Assembly: GCF_001194135.2 (NCBI RefSeq)
Contig: NC_068994.1
Coordinates: 51,544,176 to 51,585,520 of the forward strand
Direction of reading: 5' to 3'
DNA: 41,345 nt
Source of the DNA: Octopus bimaculoides
Taxonomy: Eukaryota
The translations under genes were made by a program, and so were the position numbers. The notes under the pieces are model-generated. The model saw nothing but the letters and a program-made list of their open reading frames with translations. It was not told where the DNA came from and did no database searches. This document shows, one piece after another, positions 11,971-24,055 of the stretch (position 1 is the stretch's first letter; each line of letters starts with the position of its first letter).

Positions 11971-12390
11971 TTCTTTTATCCTTTTACTTGTTTCAGCCAT
12001 TTGACTGTGGCCATGCAGGAGCACCACCTTTAGTCAAATGAATCGACCCCAGGACTTATTCTTTGTAAGCCTAGTACTTATTCTATCAATCTCTTTTGCC
12101 AAACCACTAAGTTATGGGAACATAAACACACCAGCGTCAATCAATTGTCAAGCGATGTCAGGGGGAGAAACAGACATACATACATGCACACACATACACA
12201 CACATATATATATATATACACACACACACACATACAATGGGCTTCTTTCAGTTTCCATCAACCAAATCCACTCACAAGTCTTTGGTCAGCCCATGGTTAT
12301 AGTAAAAGACACTCGTCCAAGGTGCCATGCAGTGGGACTGAACTCAGAACCATGCAGTTGGTAAGCAAACTACTGACCACACAGCCCTGT
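11971..12390 (-). mobile_element. SINE family B, full length
   Basis: Diagnostic head and tail. Further copies: ~14690-15040 (-), ~26410-26679 (-), ~27778-27885 (+), ~32990-33095 (-), ~35560-35725 (-), ~37853-38158 (-), ~38455-38657 (+), ~40225-40445 (-). Confidence 0.85.
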
Positions 12391-12891
12391 ACTAGTAGCA
12401 GTAGTAGCGATGGTGGTGGTAGTAGTGATGGTAATAGTTGTAACAGTAGTGGTGGTGGTAGTAGATATGGTGATAGTACTAAAAGTAACAATGGTTTAGT
12501 AGTAGTAACGATTTGGTGGTGGTGGAATGTGGTGGTACTGGTATTGGCCTCACATTACCACAGACTGATATTTTAATATTTGCCTGTTCCAGATTTATGA
12601 CAATAAATGGTTATTGATTTAGTCTTGGCCATTATTTGGCTATTTTTCCTCAATGAAAATTTCAAAAAGAAACCATTTGAATTTTCGGTTGGTTGTTTCT
12701 TTTTTTTTTTTNNNNNNNNNNNNNNNNNNNNNNNNNNNNNNNNNNNNNNNNNNNNNNNNNNNNNNNNNNNNNNNNNNNNNNNNNNNNNNNNNNNNNNNNN
12801 NNNNNNNNNNNNNNNNNNNNNNNNNNNNNNNNNNNNNNNNNNNNNNNNNNNNNNNNNNNNNNNNNNNNNNNNNNNNNNNNNNNNNNNNNNN

Positions 12892-12941
<50 letters not shown>

Positions 12942-13791
12942 ATTTATTTGTCTTTAGATGCCAGAATAAAATATTGCAACTGAAAGGTGTCAACAATTTC
13001 AATGAACGAAACTTGTCTAGATCATCATCATCATCATCATCATCATCACTATCATCAATCTTCATTTTCTTTTATCATCAGGCTTTCTTAGATTTATTTA
13101 TTTATCTATTCTTTTCTATTTTTCATTTATTTTGGTGAAAAACCATTTTTCTTTCTTTCTTTTTTTTCCTTCTACAATGCCACGAAACAGGATAGAAGCT
13201 ATTTACTTTGGGGTGTCTTGAGTTAAATTTGGGTGGACAGCCAAGTGAGGAAACATCTACCAATTCCATGACGGTACCATGATAGCTAAGAACCATTGGC
13301 AAAAATGCATATGAACCAAGGCTGGCTCCTGGTACTTATATCAGGACATGCAATTTTTAAAACTCGAAGCTATAAAACCAAAGTAGGCGTGTAACATGTA
13401 TGTACCCTTGTTTCAGGTGTTTTGCATACAAATGAAAAAGATAGATTTGCCCCAGGAGGTTGATTTCCCCCTACAATATGAGATGCCTTGTGGAGCAAAT
13501 CCATGTTATGTGTTTTCTTCATTAAATGGATTTGCCCAGAAGATCATTGTTATCATCATCATCATCATCATCAAACAGGAGTTGATAAGCTGGCAAACTG
13601 CACCAGGTTCTTTTACGAAAGAACATCAGAAAACAATCAATCAGAGGTACCGTTTCTTGTTGTTGTTGCCCCAAAAGAAGATGTTATTGTTGTTGTTGTT
13701 GTCATGGTTGCACCAATAGAAGTAGTTTTTGTGTTGTTGTTGTCCCAACAGAGGCTCAACGTTGTTATTGTTACACAGCCTCAATACAAGT

Positions 13792-13899
13792 TCAATATTG
13801 CCATTCAAGTTGAAGTGGAAGAATTGGTTTCAACTCAAATTGACTTAAGATTCTGAAACTTCCGGAGAAAACTTGACCACAAGGATTATATGCCCGGAG
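13792..13899 (-). CDS. Candidate terminal coding exon of an unidentified gene (phase 0: LRAYNPCGQVFSGSFRILSQFELKPILPLQLEWQY*; phase 2 alternative: SGHIILVVKFSPEVSES*)
   Basis: Acceptor ttgttctccttacatttag|CTC at 13900/13899 in non-repetitive sequence; AATAAA-type signals on the minus strand near 13100-13130. No homology recognised. Confidence 0.3.
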   Translation of the reverse strand, partial: LRAYNPCGQVFSGSFRILSQFELKPILPLQLEWQY

Positions 13900-14258
13900 C
13901 TAAATGTAAGGAGAACAATTTGCATTCTATTTGCTGGAATACGGTTCGAAAACACTGCTACATTGAAAACAGAAGTACTTCTGGATCCTTTACACACACA
14001 CACACACACAAGTCATTGCTTGCTTATTAAACACTTAAATATATTGTTATCTCCTCAGCTTTTGAGGTGTTACAATTTAATTAAAGGAAAAAAAGAGAAA
14101 ATCATTGCCAACCACTTCAGATCTGGTGTGCATCATAACAGACCACACACACACACACACACACACACACAAATTTACATAGCAACAAGACAAACAACAT
14201 ATTCACTCATCTCACTCTTAGAAAAATGCTGAAGTATTCCATATATACATACATATAC

Positions 14259-14306
<48 letters not shown>

Positions 14307-14392
14307 GAATGTATATATGCTCATACACTCACATGCACATGCACAAATTTATGTGCACACACTCCCTCTCTCTCATTCTTTCNNNNNNNNNN

Positions 14393-14432
<40 letters not shown>

Positions 14433-14433
14433 G

Positions 14434-14469
14434 CACATTGCTTTTTATGAAGAGATGCCAGCTGTGATG
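14434..14469 (+). CDS. Candidate 36-nt micro-exon (HIAFYEEMPAVM, phase 0-0)
   Basis: (CT)n-cacag| acceptor and ATG|GTAAGA donor; only phase 0 is open. The pyrimidine tract is a microsatellite, so it could be chance. Confidence 0.3.
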
Positions 14470-15318
14470 GTAAGAATCGTTGACAAATTAAACAATGCTG
14501 TTCTCCAGCTGCAGTTGTTTTGAGCATTTCCCAAACCAGACAGGTAAATAAACACAAACACACACGTCATAAGCACTACACACACACAACCCATACCCAC
14601 ACATGTTATACGTTCATTTCATAGCCATTACACAAACCTCATCAATTTTACTCTCATAATAAAATCTAGTTTTTAGAATATATCTTCATCTTTTATCTTT
14701 CATCCTGGTTTCAGTCATTGGACTGCAGCCATCCTGGGGGAGTCCAATGGCTTGAAGAATTTTAGTCAAATTAATTAACTCCGACAACTTTATTTTAAGG
14801 CTGGTAGTTATTTTATCTCTTTTGATAGGAGTAAACACACCAACACCAGTTGTCAAGTGGTAGCAGGGGACACATGTATATCACAAGCTTCTTTCAGTTT
14901 CCATTTACCAAATCCACTCATATGGCTTTAGTCAGTCCAAGGCTATTGTACACGGCACTTGCCCAAGGTGCCATGTTGTGGGATTGAAACCAGAACCACA
15001 TGGTTTGGAAGCAAACTTATCACACAGCCACACCTGCGCTTCAAACATTTTCTTTTTTATTACTTGGTCAGAAAAATCCTTGACCGCCTTGACCTTTGTA
15101 GAACCACCAAGACTCATGGGCCACTGCAGAAGGATGCAGTCCATTAAAACATCACTTAGGCTCAAAGCATAGATCTCACCTGAAAATACTTACAATAAAA
15201 TGGATATGGCTAAAAGCATCTAGATGCAAAGATGTAATTAATGGTGGTACTGAAACAGGTGAAATGGTAAAATGTCATGTAGGTTTAATTTTGCTTTAGA
15301 TTTTGATTTTCTATAGAC

Positions 15319-15352
<34 letters not shown>

Positions 15353-15839
15353 ATTATGTATACCTTCACATTGTGAAACATCGCATCATCTCTGAGATCA
15401 ATAAAATAAAGTATTAGTCAAGGATTGAGATTGCTGGGAATTGAACTCATGACCTTATGATTGCAAGTCAAATACCCTAACCACTAAGCCATGTGCCTTT
15501 TATTAAGTACTATGGGAGGGATGGGTGGGTCANNNNNNNNNNNNNNNNNNNNNNNNNNNNNNNNNNNNNNNNGGGTCAAAAGTATTGACTACTCTCCCGC
15601 CCTTCAAGGTTTGAACCTAAATCATCATCATCATCATCATCAAGGTGGTAACAGTCAGAATCATTAGCAAGTCAGACAAAATGTTCAGTGGCACTTCAAA
15701 TCCTGCTGAGGCCAACTTCATCTTTCATCTTCCTGGTGGGGGGGGGGGTTAAATAAAGTACCAGTCAAGTACCAGAGTAGATATAATCAACTTGCCCCCT
15801 TCCCTCAAAATTGTTAATTTTGTGCCAAAATTAGAAAGA

Positions 15840-15872
<33 letters not shown>

Positions 15873-15963
15873 GCTACTTAATACTGAGATCGATGGCATC
15901 GACTACTCCCCTTTGCCTCAAAATTGCTGGCTTTATGTCAAAATTTGAAACCATTATCATAAC

Positions 15964-16002
<39 letters not shown>

Positions 16003-17094
16003 TAGAATCAGTGTAAGTATTATTACTACAATTAGAAGCACTTGTGATGATGATGATGATGATGATGATGATGTATCTATAGCTGCAGTTGTTAATTAAA
16101 GAAGGAAACACAGAATAACGGAATGGAAAAGCAAACAGAAAGAAACAGAGATCAATAGATAGATAGATAGGCAGATAGATAGAGAGAGAGGGGAGAGAGG
16201 GGGGAGGAAGGAAACATTTCCAATTGTTAATATACGGATTCTGGAATTTGTCCTTCTAAAGTAATTAAGTGTTTCATATTCATAACGACCTTTCAATAAT
16301 TAACCATTAACCAAGGCTGACTCCTCGCCAACACTATATCAGATTTCTTCACAACAGTGCTACAATGACAATGATGAAGACCACAATCACAACACCACCA
16401 CCACCGACACCACCAACAACAACAACAGCAACAACAACAACAACAACCAGCACCACAACAGTAGCAAACCATCACCATCGCCACCACCATTACAACAAAT
16501 CGGAATATGTCTCTGATTTCAATAGAGNNNNNNNNNNNNNNNNNNNNNNNNNNNNNNNNNNNNNNNNNNNNNNNNNNNNNNNNNNNNNNNNNNNNNNNNN
16601 NNNNNNNNNNNNNNNNNNNNNNNNNNNNNNNNNNNNNNNNNNNNNNNNNNNNNNNNATGAAACAGAATAACAAACAAAAACAAAAAGAAAAACTCCCCAG
16701 CAACTAAACTATTCATTATTGTCTCCCTTTATAATGTTTACAAAACTTGTCAATGGAGAAACAAGACTGCTGGAATGCATATTCACTTAGACATATATAT
16801 ATACCACACATATATGACTGCACATATAAATATATATATATATATATATAGATGTATACACACATATTCTTAGTCATCCTCTTTTTACCATCCCCTCTTT
16901 CTCTCTCACTCTCTCTCGCTCTCTCGTAGGCACTCCATGCCAGTTCTGAGACTGATTAGAATCAAGGACTTGTGACGTTGCATTAATATTGATGCTTTAT
17001 CCAGACATATCTTCTCCCAAACCTCATACTCCATAAGCACATTCCTCCTCTTTGTACTCCCTCATATACACACACACATACATCGTTTCAGCTT

Positions 17095-17445
17095 TTAAGA
17101 TGAAGAAGATAGAACAGTGATTGGCGACAATGGAAAGGGCGGTGGAAAGACCCATGCTACGAATATCATCATGTGAGCACATTCAAAATGCATCATTCAC
17201 GAATGGAGCTGAGTGAACGATGTGACTACAGAAAACCAAAAGCACAGGTTCCACTTGGTCAGACAGATCTCAAGGTTCACAGAGAATAGCTGGACACATG
17301 CAGTTGCCAAGTGGTACCCAAGAGACCAGAAAAGGTCACCTGGAAGGCCTCTATGATAACGAGAGGATGATTTAGTTGAGCAATTTGGGTCAAGATGGAA
17401 AAGAATGGCACAATCGAGAGAGAATCGGATGCACATGGTGACCAA
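17095..17445 (+). pseudogene. Degenerate RTE-clade LINE ORF2 C-terminus
   Basis: Translates ...KHRFHLVRQISRFTENSWTHAVAKWYPRDQKRSPGRPL**REDDLVEQFGSRWKRMAQSR, matching the RTE C-terminal pattern W.PR..KR..GRP..RW.D....W...A..R, with in-frame stops. Confidence 0.8.
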
Positions 17446-17485
17446 CAATGTCTGATGGTCTGGTCAATATTGCAACATTGTGATA

Positions 17486-17646
17486 GGTGCAGGTATGGCT
17501 GTGGGGTAAGAAGCTTGCTTCCCAACCACATGGTTCTGGGTTCAGTCCCACTGCATGGCACCTAGGGCAAGTGTCTTCTATTATAGCATCAGGCCAACCA
17601 AAGCCTTGTGAGTGGATTTGGTGGACGGAAACTAAAAGAAGCCCAT

Positions 17647-17690
<44 letters not shown>

Positions 17691-17859
17691 TGTTTCCCCC
17701 ACCATCGCTTGACAACTGATGCTAGAGTGTTTATGTCCCTGTAACTTAGCAGTTCGGCAGTACGAGACTTACAAATAATAAGCCCTGGGGTCAGTTGGTT
17801 CGATTAAAAGCGGTGTTCCAGCATGGCCACAGTCAAATGACTAAAACCAGTAAAAGAAT
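17486..17859 (+). mobile_element. SINE family B, full length, sense orientation
   Basis: GGTGCAGGTATGGCTGTGGGGTAAGAAGCTTGCTTCCCAACC...internal (TG)n...CAGCATGGCCACAGTCAAATGACTAAAACCAGTAAAAGA. Confidence 0.9.
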
Positions 17860-18525
17860 ATTATGCACACATACAAGACCCCACCTACACATTCGCTCTC
17901 ACATTTATACACTCTTATCCAAACACTACCACACACACACACACACACACACTACCACACACACACAAGCGCAGTGCTTGTGTCTGTCTCAAGTGATGCT
18001 TTCAACAGCAGCTCCTGAGACTGGTTGAAGTCAAGGAGATGATGAACAACAGTGTTAGCATAATCTTATGCTTTCCAGCACTCATCCTCTTTCATATACA
18101 CACTCACAAGTATTTATACATGAAGAGCTGAAAGTGTTTTCACGTTTGCAGGTGTGCATATTTGTTTGTGCTCATATTTCACTGAATGTCAATACACAAA
18201 GAAGCTTCATGTATGCACAAAATTAAATTCAAGTGTACAAAAACAAAACATGTGTATGGTTGTACATGTTAATATATGTGTCTGTGGGGGAGGTTCTAAG
18301 TCTATCTGTGCATGCGTTTGTAAAGTATGTGTATGTGTATAGATGGGATTATGCGAATGTCACTTCATGTGTGATTATATGCATATGTGTGTGCATGTGC
18401 ATATGACAGCACATTGCTTGGTGAATATGATTGTGTGTGTGCTTATGATTTTGTGTGTGAGTGTGTGTGTGTGTATGCATTTTGTTGAATTTGTGTGTGA
18501 GTATGGTTGAAGATTCATATGTGTC

Positions 18526-18758
18526 TTATTTCCTTATTGCCCACAGGGTGCTAAACATAGAGGGGACAAACAAGGACAGACAAAGGGATTAAGTTGATTA
18601 CATCGACCCCAGTGCATAACTGGTACTTAATTTATCAACCCCGAAAGGATGAAAGGCAAAGTCGACCTCGGCAGAATTTGAACTCAGAACATAACGGCAG
18701 ACGAAATACCGCTAAGCATTTCGCCCGGCGTGCTAACGTTTCTGCCAGCTCGCCACCT
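18526..18758 (-). mobile_element. SINE family A, well-preserved full-length copy with a distinct 3' tail (...CCCCTCTATGTTTAGCACCCTGTGGGCAATAAGGAAATAAG)
   Basis: Minus strand begins GGTGGCGAGCTGGCAGAAACGTTAGCACGCCGGGCGAAATGCTTAGCGG; B-box-like GAGTTCAAATTC. Confidence 0.9.
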
Positions 18759-19492
18759 TTGTGTCTGTGTATACATCCTGAGTGTTAAGTACATTTGCTT
18801 AGGGTGTATATTTTGATAATAGCCACTTATAGCCACAATGGCTTAATGACCAATATATATAAATAGCATGTCTGTTTTTATGTCAAGTTACACTAAAAAC
18901 AATTTTACATTAAACTGAAGGATTTCTCAATACTTTTTTGCAAAAAATAAAATATCTATTATATTTTCACAAAAAGACTGATGACAGTGACTTCGAAGTT
19001 TCACAGAGTCCAACGAAGGCTAACAAATCTGCGTCATGGTGCTGTTTTTCTCACAGACAGTGCCCAAGTCAGTCTGGTATTATCCACACAGCTTGAAGTA
19101 GAGTGTATTGCACTGGTACTTGACATCCTGTTATTTATTTTGTATTTATATATATATTATCATTATGTAACGTCCATTTTCCATGCTGGCATGGGTTGGA
19201 CAGTTTGACTGAGGTCTGGAGAGCCTGTGGCTGCACCAGGCTCCAATCTGATCTGGCAATGTTTCTACAGCTGGATGCCCTTCCTAATGCCAACCACTTT
19301 GAGAGTGGTTGGCATAGGAGCCAGTCAGGTGGGCATGGCATTGATCACATCTGGGTAGTGCTTTTTACATGCCACCGGTATGGGACCCAGTCATGGGGCA
19401 CTGCCATCGGCCACGTTCAGATGGTGGTTTTTACGTGCCACCAGCACAGGAGCCAGTCAAGCGGACCTGGCATTGACCACATTCGGATGGTG

Positions 19493-19531
<39 letters not shown>

Positions 19532-20170
19532 TATATNNNNNNNNNNNNNNNNNNNNNNNNNNNNNNNNNNNNNNNNNNNNNNNNNNNNNNNNNNNNNNNN
19601 NNNNNNNNNNNNNNNNNNNNNNNNNNNNNNNNNNNNNNNNNNNNNNNNNNNNNNNNNNNNNNNNNNNNNNNNNNNNNNNNNNNNNNNNNNNNNNNNNNNN
19701 NNNNNNNNNNNNNNNNNNNNNNNNNNNNNNNNNNNNNNNNNNNNNNNNNNNNNNNNNNNNNNNNNNNNNNNNNNNNNNNNNNNNNNNNNNNNNNNNNNNN
19801 NNNNNNNNNNNNNNNNNNNNNNNNNNNNNNNNNNNNNNNNNNNNNNNNNNNNNNNNNNNNNNNNNNNNNNNNNNNNNNNNNNNNNNNNNNNNNNNNNNNN
19901 NNNNNNNNNNNNNNNNNNNNNNNNNNNNNNNNNNNNNNNNNNNNNNNNNNNNNNNNNNNNNNNNNNNNNNNNNNNNNNNNNNNNNNNNNNNNNNNNNNNN
20001 NNNNNNNNNNNNNNNNNNNNNNNNNNNNNNNNNNNNNNNNNNNNNNNNNNNNNNNNNNNNNNNNNNNNNNNNNNNNNNNNNNNNNNNNNNNNNNNNNNNN
20101 NNNNNNNNNNNNNNNNNNNNNNNNNNNNNNNNNNNNNNNNNNNNNNNNNNNNNNNNNNNNNNNNNNNNNN

Positions 20171-20223
<53 letters not shown>

Positions 20224-20498
20224 GCTTACAAGCACTTAAGCAAGGTTACATTTTTGCTAATGGCTCGTAATAACAGTGAAACATGTCCAGAATTACTTGC
20301 CAAGCTTGCTAATACAACAAGAAGTAAAATAAACTAAAACAGTTCTCATAATATTAATCATCATCAAATATATTTCTTTCACCACACATTTGATTCAGAT
20401 TATATATTTTCAGTGCTGCAAGCATAAAGCAAGTTTCCCACTGACTTCATTATCCCCCGAGACAACTAATGGAGATAAGAGATGAATCTTTTTCCTAG

Positions 20499-20562
20499 TC
20501 TATTGCATATAATACTCCGAGACTGGTGAAATCAATATGGTTTAAGTTCAGCTTGAACATCT
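20499..20562 (+). CDS. Candidate 64-nt exon (SIAYNTPRLVKSIWFKFSLNI, phase 0-1)
   Basis: gaatctttttcctag| acceptor and CT|GTAAGT donor; only phase 0 is open; frame-compatible with 14434-14469. No homology recognised. Confidence 0.3.
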
Positions 20563-20991
20563 GTAAGTTAACAAGCGCAGGAAAAACATGGGCCTGGAGA
20601 AGGGATCTGATGGGGTCGAGTTTCTGAACAAAAAGATTAGTGCATGACCTAGGGTGGGAGGGAGAGTGAGAGAGAGAGCAAAGAGATGGAAGCTGGAGAG
20701 AGAGAAAGAGAGAGAGAGGGGGTGTATCAGGTATATTGGTAGAGTTATTAGATTGCTTGATAGAATACTGTATAGCATTTGTTCCAACTCTCTGTATCCA
20801 GGGTTCAAATCCCATCAAGGATGACTAGCTTTTCTCCTCTAGGGACCAATAAAAAAGGTGCCACTTCAAGGCAGGACTATGAAAAGACTGGACTAGATAC
20901 CTTGTGGTATTTATTCCAGCTGTGTTCTGAGTTAAAAATCCCACCAAGATCTAATTGGATGATGGTAGATAGGCTTAAACTGACACCCAAT

Positions 20992-21222
20992 TTAACCCTT
21001 TCGATACCAACCTGGCTGAAACTGCCTCCGGCTCTGTAGTACAAATGTCTTGTTTTCATAAGATTTGAATTAAAATCTTCCACCAAACCTTAGTCACAAT
21101 ATATGTTCCTAACACTAGCTTAATGATAACTAAGTTATTTTACTAAATTCTTTGTAATATTTAAAATTAATTGAAAGAAAGAAAAAAGCATCTCAAAAGA
21201 AATAGGGTAACAAAAGGGTTAA
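20992..21222. mobile_element. piggyBac-type MITE with TTAA target-site duplications
   Basis: TTAA(20992-20995)-CCCTTTCGATACC ... GGTAACAAAAGGG-TTAA(21219-21222): imperfect terminal inverted repeats starting CCCTTT; no ORF. Confidence 0.8.
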
Positions 21223-21487
21223 CATCACCACCTGGTACTTAAGAAGCCTTTAGCAGATTCCAATTTGTTGCAAGCAATCAGGCTAGGTCACCATCTTAAG
21301 GATGTCATCCTCCCTTCTTCTCACTAGTCTCAGAGCCTCTGTAAAGGACCATGGGTGGTGCTTTCCCTCCCAATTATAAGACAGAAAAAATAAAAAAATA
21401 AGCATTTCCAGATGACCTGATCAATGAATACCCAAGAAGCATCTCAAACCATTTTTCACCTAAGGAATCTTTTAATTCCTATTTTAC

Positions 21488-21594
21488 CTGACCGGACCCT
21501 CATAGCCATTTGATATTTGATGCTTTTTATGTTCAGTTCTTTTTGGGCTAGACAATAAAATGCATTTCCACTCCCACTTTTCACTCAGGTCGAT
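21488..21594 (-). CDS. Candidate 107-nt coding exon (IDLSEKWEWKCILLSSPKRTEHKKHQISNGYEGPV-R/S, phase 0-2)
   Basis: tttttacttgtcactaacag| acceptor and CAG|GTAAAA donor; purine-rich; only one frame is open; non-repetitive sequence. Confidence 0.4.
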
Positions 21595-21804
21595 CTGTTA
21601 GTGACAAGTAAAAACATCTGACTGTAAGAAACAAAGACTCTAGCGCTAGATCATGTCTTGGAAATTTGCAAGAACAAGTGAATGTGAAACAATAAAAGTA
21701 ATAAATAGGATTAGCTGTGGAACATCTGCACCTCGAAGATCTTTCAACATAAGTTAATTTCAACAAAAAACTAATACATACATATATATCTACACACACA
21801 CACA

Positions 21805-21858
<54 letters not shown>

Positions 21859-22496
21859 GTATGTATAGATTTTACACACACAAATATATACATATGTGTG
21901 CATATATATTTAGATATGTGTATGTCTGNNNNNNNNNNNNNNNNNNNNNNNNNNNNNNNNNNNNNNNNNNNNNNNNNNNNNNNNNNNNNNNNNNNNNNNN
22001 NNNNNNNNNNNNNNNNNNNNNNNNNNNNNNNNNNNNNNNNNNNNNNNNNNNNNNNNNNNNNNNNNNNNNNNNNNNNNNNNNNNNNNNNNNNNNNNNNNNN
22101 NNNNNNNNNNNNNNNNNNNNNNNNNNNNNNNNNNNNNNNNNNNNNNNNNNNNNNNNNNNNNNNNNNNNNNNNNNNNNNNNNNNNNNNNNNNNNNNNNNNN
22201 NNNNNNNNNNNNNNNNNNNNNNNNNNNNNNNNNNNNNNNNNNNNNNNNNNNNNNNNNNNNNNNNNNNNNNNNNNNNNNNNNNNNNNNNNNNNNNNNNNNN
22301 NNNNNNNNNNNNNNNNNNNNNNNNNNNNNNNNNNNNNNNNNNNNNNNNNNNNNNNNNNNNNNNNNNNNNNNNNNNNNNNNNNNNNNNNNNNNNNNNNNNN
22401 NNNNNNNNNNNNNNNNNNNNNNNNNNNNNNNNNNNNNNNNNNNNNNNNNNNNNNNNNNNNNNNNNNNNNNNNNNNNNNNNNNNNNNNNNNAGCCCG

Positions 22497-22533
<37 letters not shown>

Positions 22534-23140
22534 GTGGTGGTGGTGGTAAGCAGGAAGAATTGTTAGCATGGAGCATTTTCTTTATCTTCACGTTCTGAGT
22601 TCAAATTCTATCAAGGTGGTCAACTTTGCCTTTTATCCTTTTGGGGTATATAAAATAAGTACCAGTCGGTGGGGGGGGGGGTTCAGTGTAACTGACTTAC
22701 CCCCTCCTCCAAAATTGCTGGCCTTGTACCAAAATTTGAAACCGTTATCAGGGGGCAGAATCATTAGCATGGTGACAAGGGCATCTGTCTATAGAAAACT
22801 GACCTCAATGAATTCCGTTTGATCCATACAAGCAGGACGCAAAATTGATGTTGATGACGACAACGATGATGACAATGAAGATGATGATGATGATTTCTAC
22901 AAGGAGTTCTGGGAATGGTATTTGTATGCAATATATTGATAATGTAATACTTCATAGGAATTTTTATTTCATATCTCTTCCAATTTTCAACTGATTGAGA
23001 CAGACACACAGCTTCAACCAATGAATAATAAACACATTTGAAACAACACACTGAAGCATACAGCTGAACCAATGAACAGCATGCACACACACACACACAC
23101 ACACACAAGCAGTTTTAGCCAGCAGACAATACTTGCAATG

Positions 23141-23256
23141 TTATCCCTTTCAATTACCATAATTTTGTTAAAATACACTGCCTTTGTTTCAGCTAATTTT
23201 AGTTTGTATTCTAGAACTCGGAGTGGCTTTGGGTGGGTTGATATGAAAAGGGTTAA
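23141..23256. mobile_element. Internally deleted MITE of the same TTAA/CCCTT type; other degenerate relatives at ~23590-23810, ~24600-24804, ~27555-27774, ~39729-39900
   Basis: TTATCCCTTT at the left end, AAAAGGGTTAA at the right end; shared internal motifs such as AAAATTAATTGAAA(G)AAAGGCA and TTTCAACAGAAATATG. Confidence 0.6.
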
Positions 23257-23934
23257 AGCAACTGATGGACACATTGCTCTCAATAACAGAGAGGACACAA
23301 TGCTTTAACAAGGAAACAGGACATAGTATCTGGTGAAGGAACTAAAAAACAAATTAGTCAGCTGATCAGAAGAATCAGTCATATCATCTTCTAATCACAT
23401 TCAGATATCCTGTAAAAGATAGCAGGGTGGGGCCCATTTGGCAATGAAGTCTTAGATACCAAAAAGATATAGAAAAGCATGGAAAGGTCAGATCTAGGAA
23501 TCTATTAGATTATGGAAGTGATTTGGGAGCTAAATAACAACACAGGATTATGGCTAACAAATTAAACAATGAACAAGGCACAAAAGTCTGATCCTTTTGA
23601 TTCCAATTTGTCCGACCACCATGAATCTCCGATACAAACTATCTCCTTTTAAAATTAAAACCTTCCATCAAACTTTGACATTGATTTATACTCTGAACGC
23701 CAGCTTAATAACAACAAAGTTATTTTAATAAATTCTTCATTATTTTCAAAATTAATTGGAACAAAAGGCAAGAGTATTTCAACACAAATGCAATAATCGA
23801 AAGAGCTAACAGATATATGATACATTTATACAAGACAGTTCACAAAATGGTGAAAGAAGAAGTGAGACAAAGAATGCCATAACAGTAAACTAGATTATGA
23901 ACAACAATTGTTTATCTTGAGCCAAAGAGAGAGC

Positions 23935-24005
23935 CTCTACACTGTTGCTCAACCAGCAAGAAATAGTAACCAAATTTCCCTCAAAATTCATCCTACCATC
24001 TTAAA
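23935..24005 (+). repeat. Short dispersed repeat fragment (GCTAGAAATAGCAGCCAAATCTCCCTC type)
   Basis: Related segments at ~24805-24860 (-), ~32550-32620 and ~33190-33240. Confidence 0.6.
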
Positions 24006-24055
24006 AATGGCTGAATCTAAGATGCAAGTGAAATTTTTTCCAAAACATGACTGAC
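23997..24055 (-). CDS. Weak candidate 59-nt exon (G-QSCFGKNFTCILDSAIFKM, phase 1-0)
   Basis: gatttttcag|GTCAGT start and ATG|GTAGGA donor; bridges the phases of 28058-27936 and 21594-21488, but the donor lies inside a dispersed repeat. Confidence 0.2.

Noticed and set aside
17486-17560. tRNA-like A/B-box sequences in many SINE heads
   Set aside because: No complete cloverleaf or acceptor stem; they continue into SINE bodies, so they are not tRNA genes.
18914-19096. 60-codon Met-less plus-strand open frame (...KKTDDSDFEVSQSPTKANKSASWCCFSHRQCPSQSG...)
   Set aside because: No convincing acceptor, weak donor, no recognisable family; possibly an old transposon remnant.
20230-20320. Minus-strand open frames after ttgtattag| (QAWQVILDMFHCYYEPLAK or SLASNSGHVSLLLRAISK...)
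   Set aside because: Protein-like, but the phases do not fit the neighbouring candidate exon (needs phase 2) and two alternative frames/donors are equally possible; indistinguishable from chance.
20843-20910. Apparent plus-strand exon after ttttctcctctag|
   Set aside because: Lies in a degenerate family A SINE.
21589-21623. Plus-strand cag|...ACT|gtaaga 35-nt exon-like segment
   Set aside because: Stops in all three phases; its pyrimidine tract is the complement of the purine-rich minus-strand candidate exon.
23014-23298. ORF with protein-like stretch PKPLRVLEYKLKLAETKAVYFNK
   Set aside because: Coincides with a deleted MITE (23141-23256) and runs into (GT)n.
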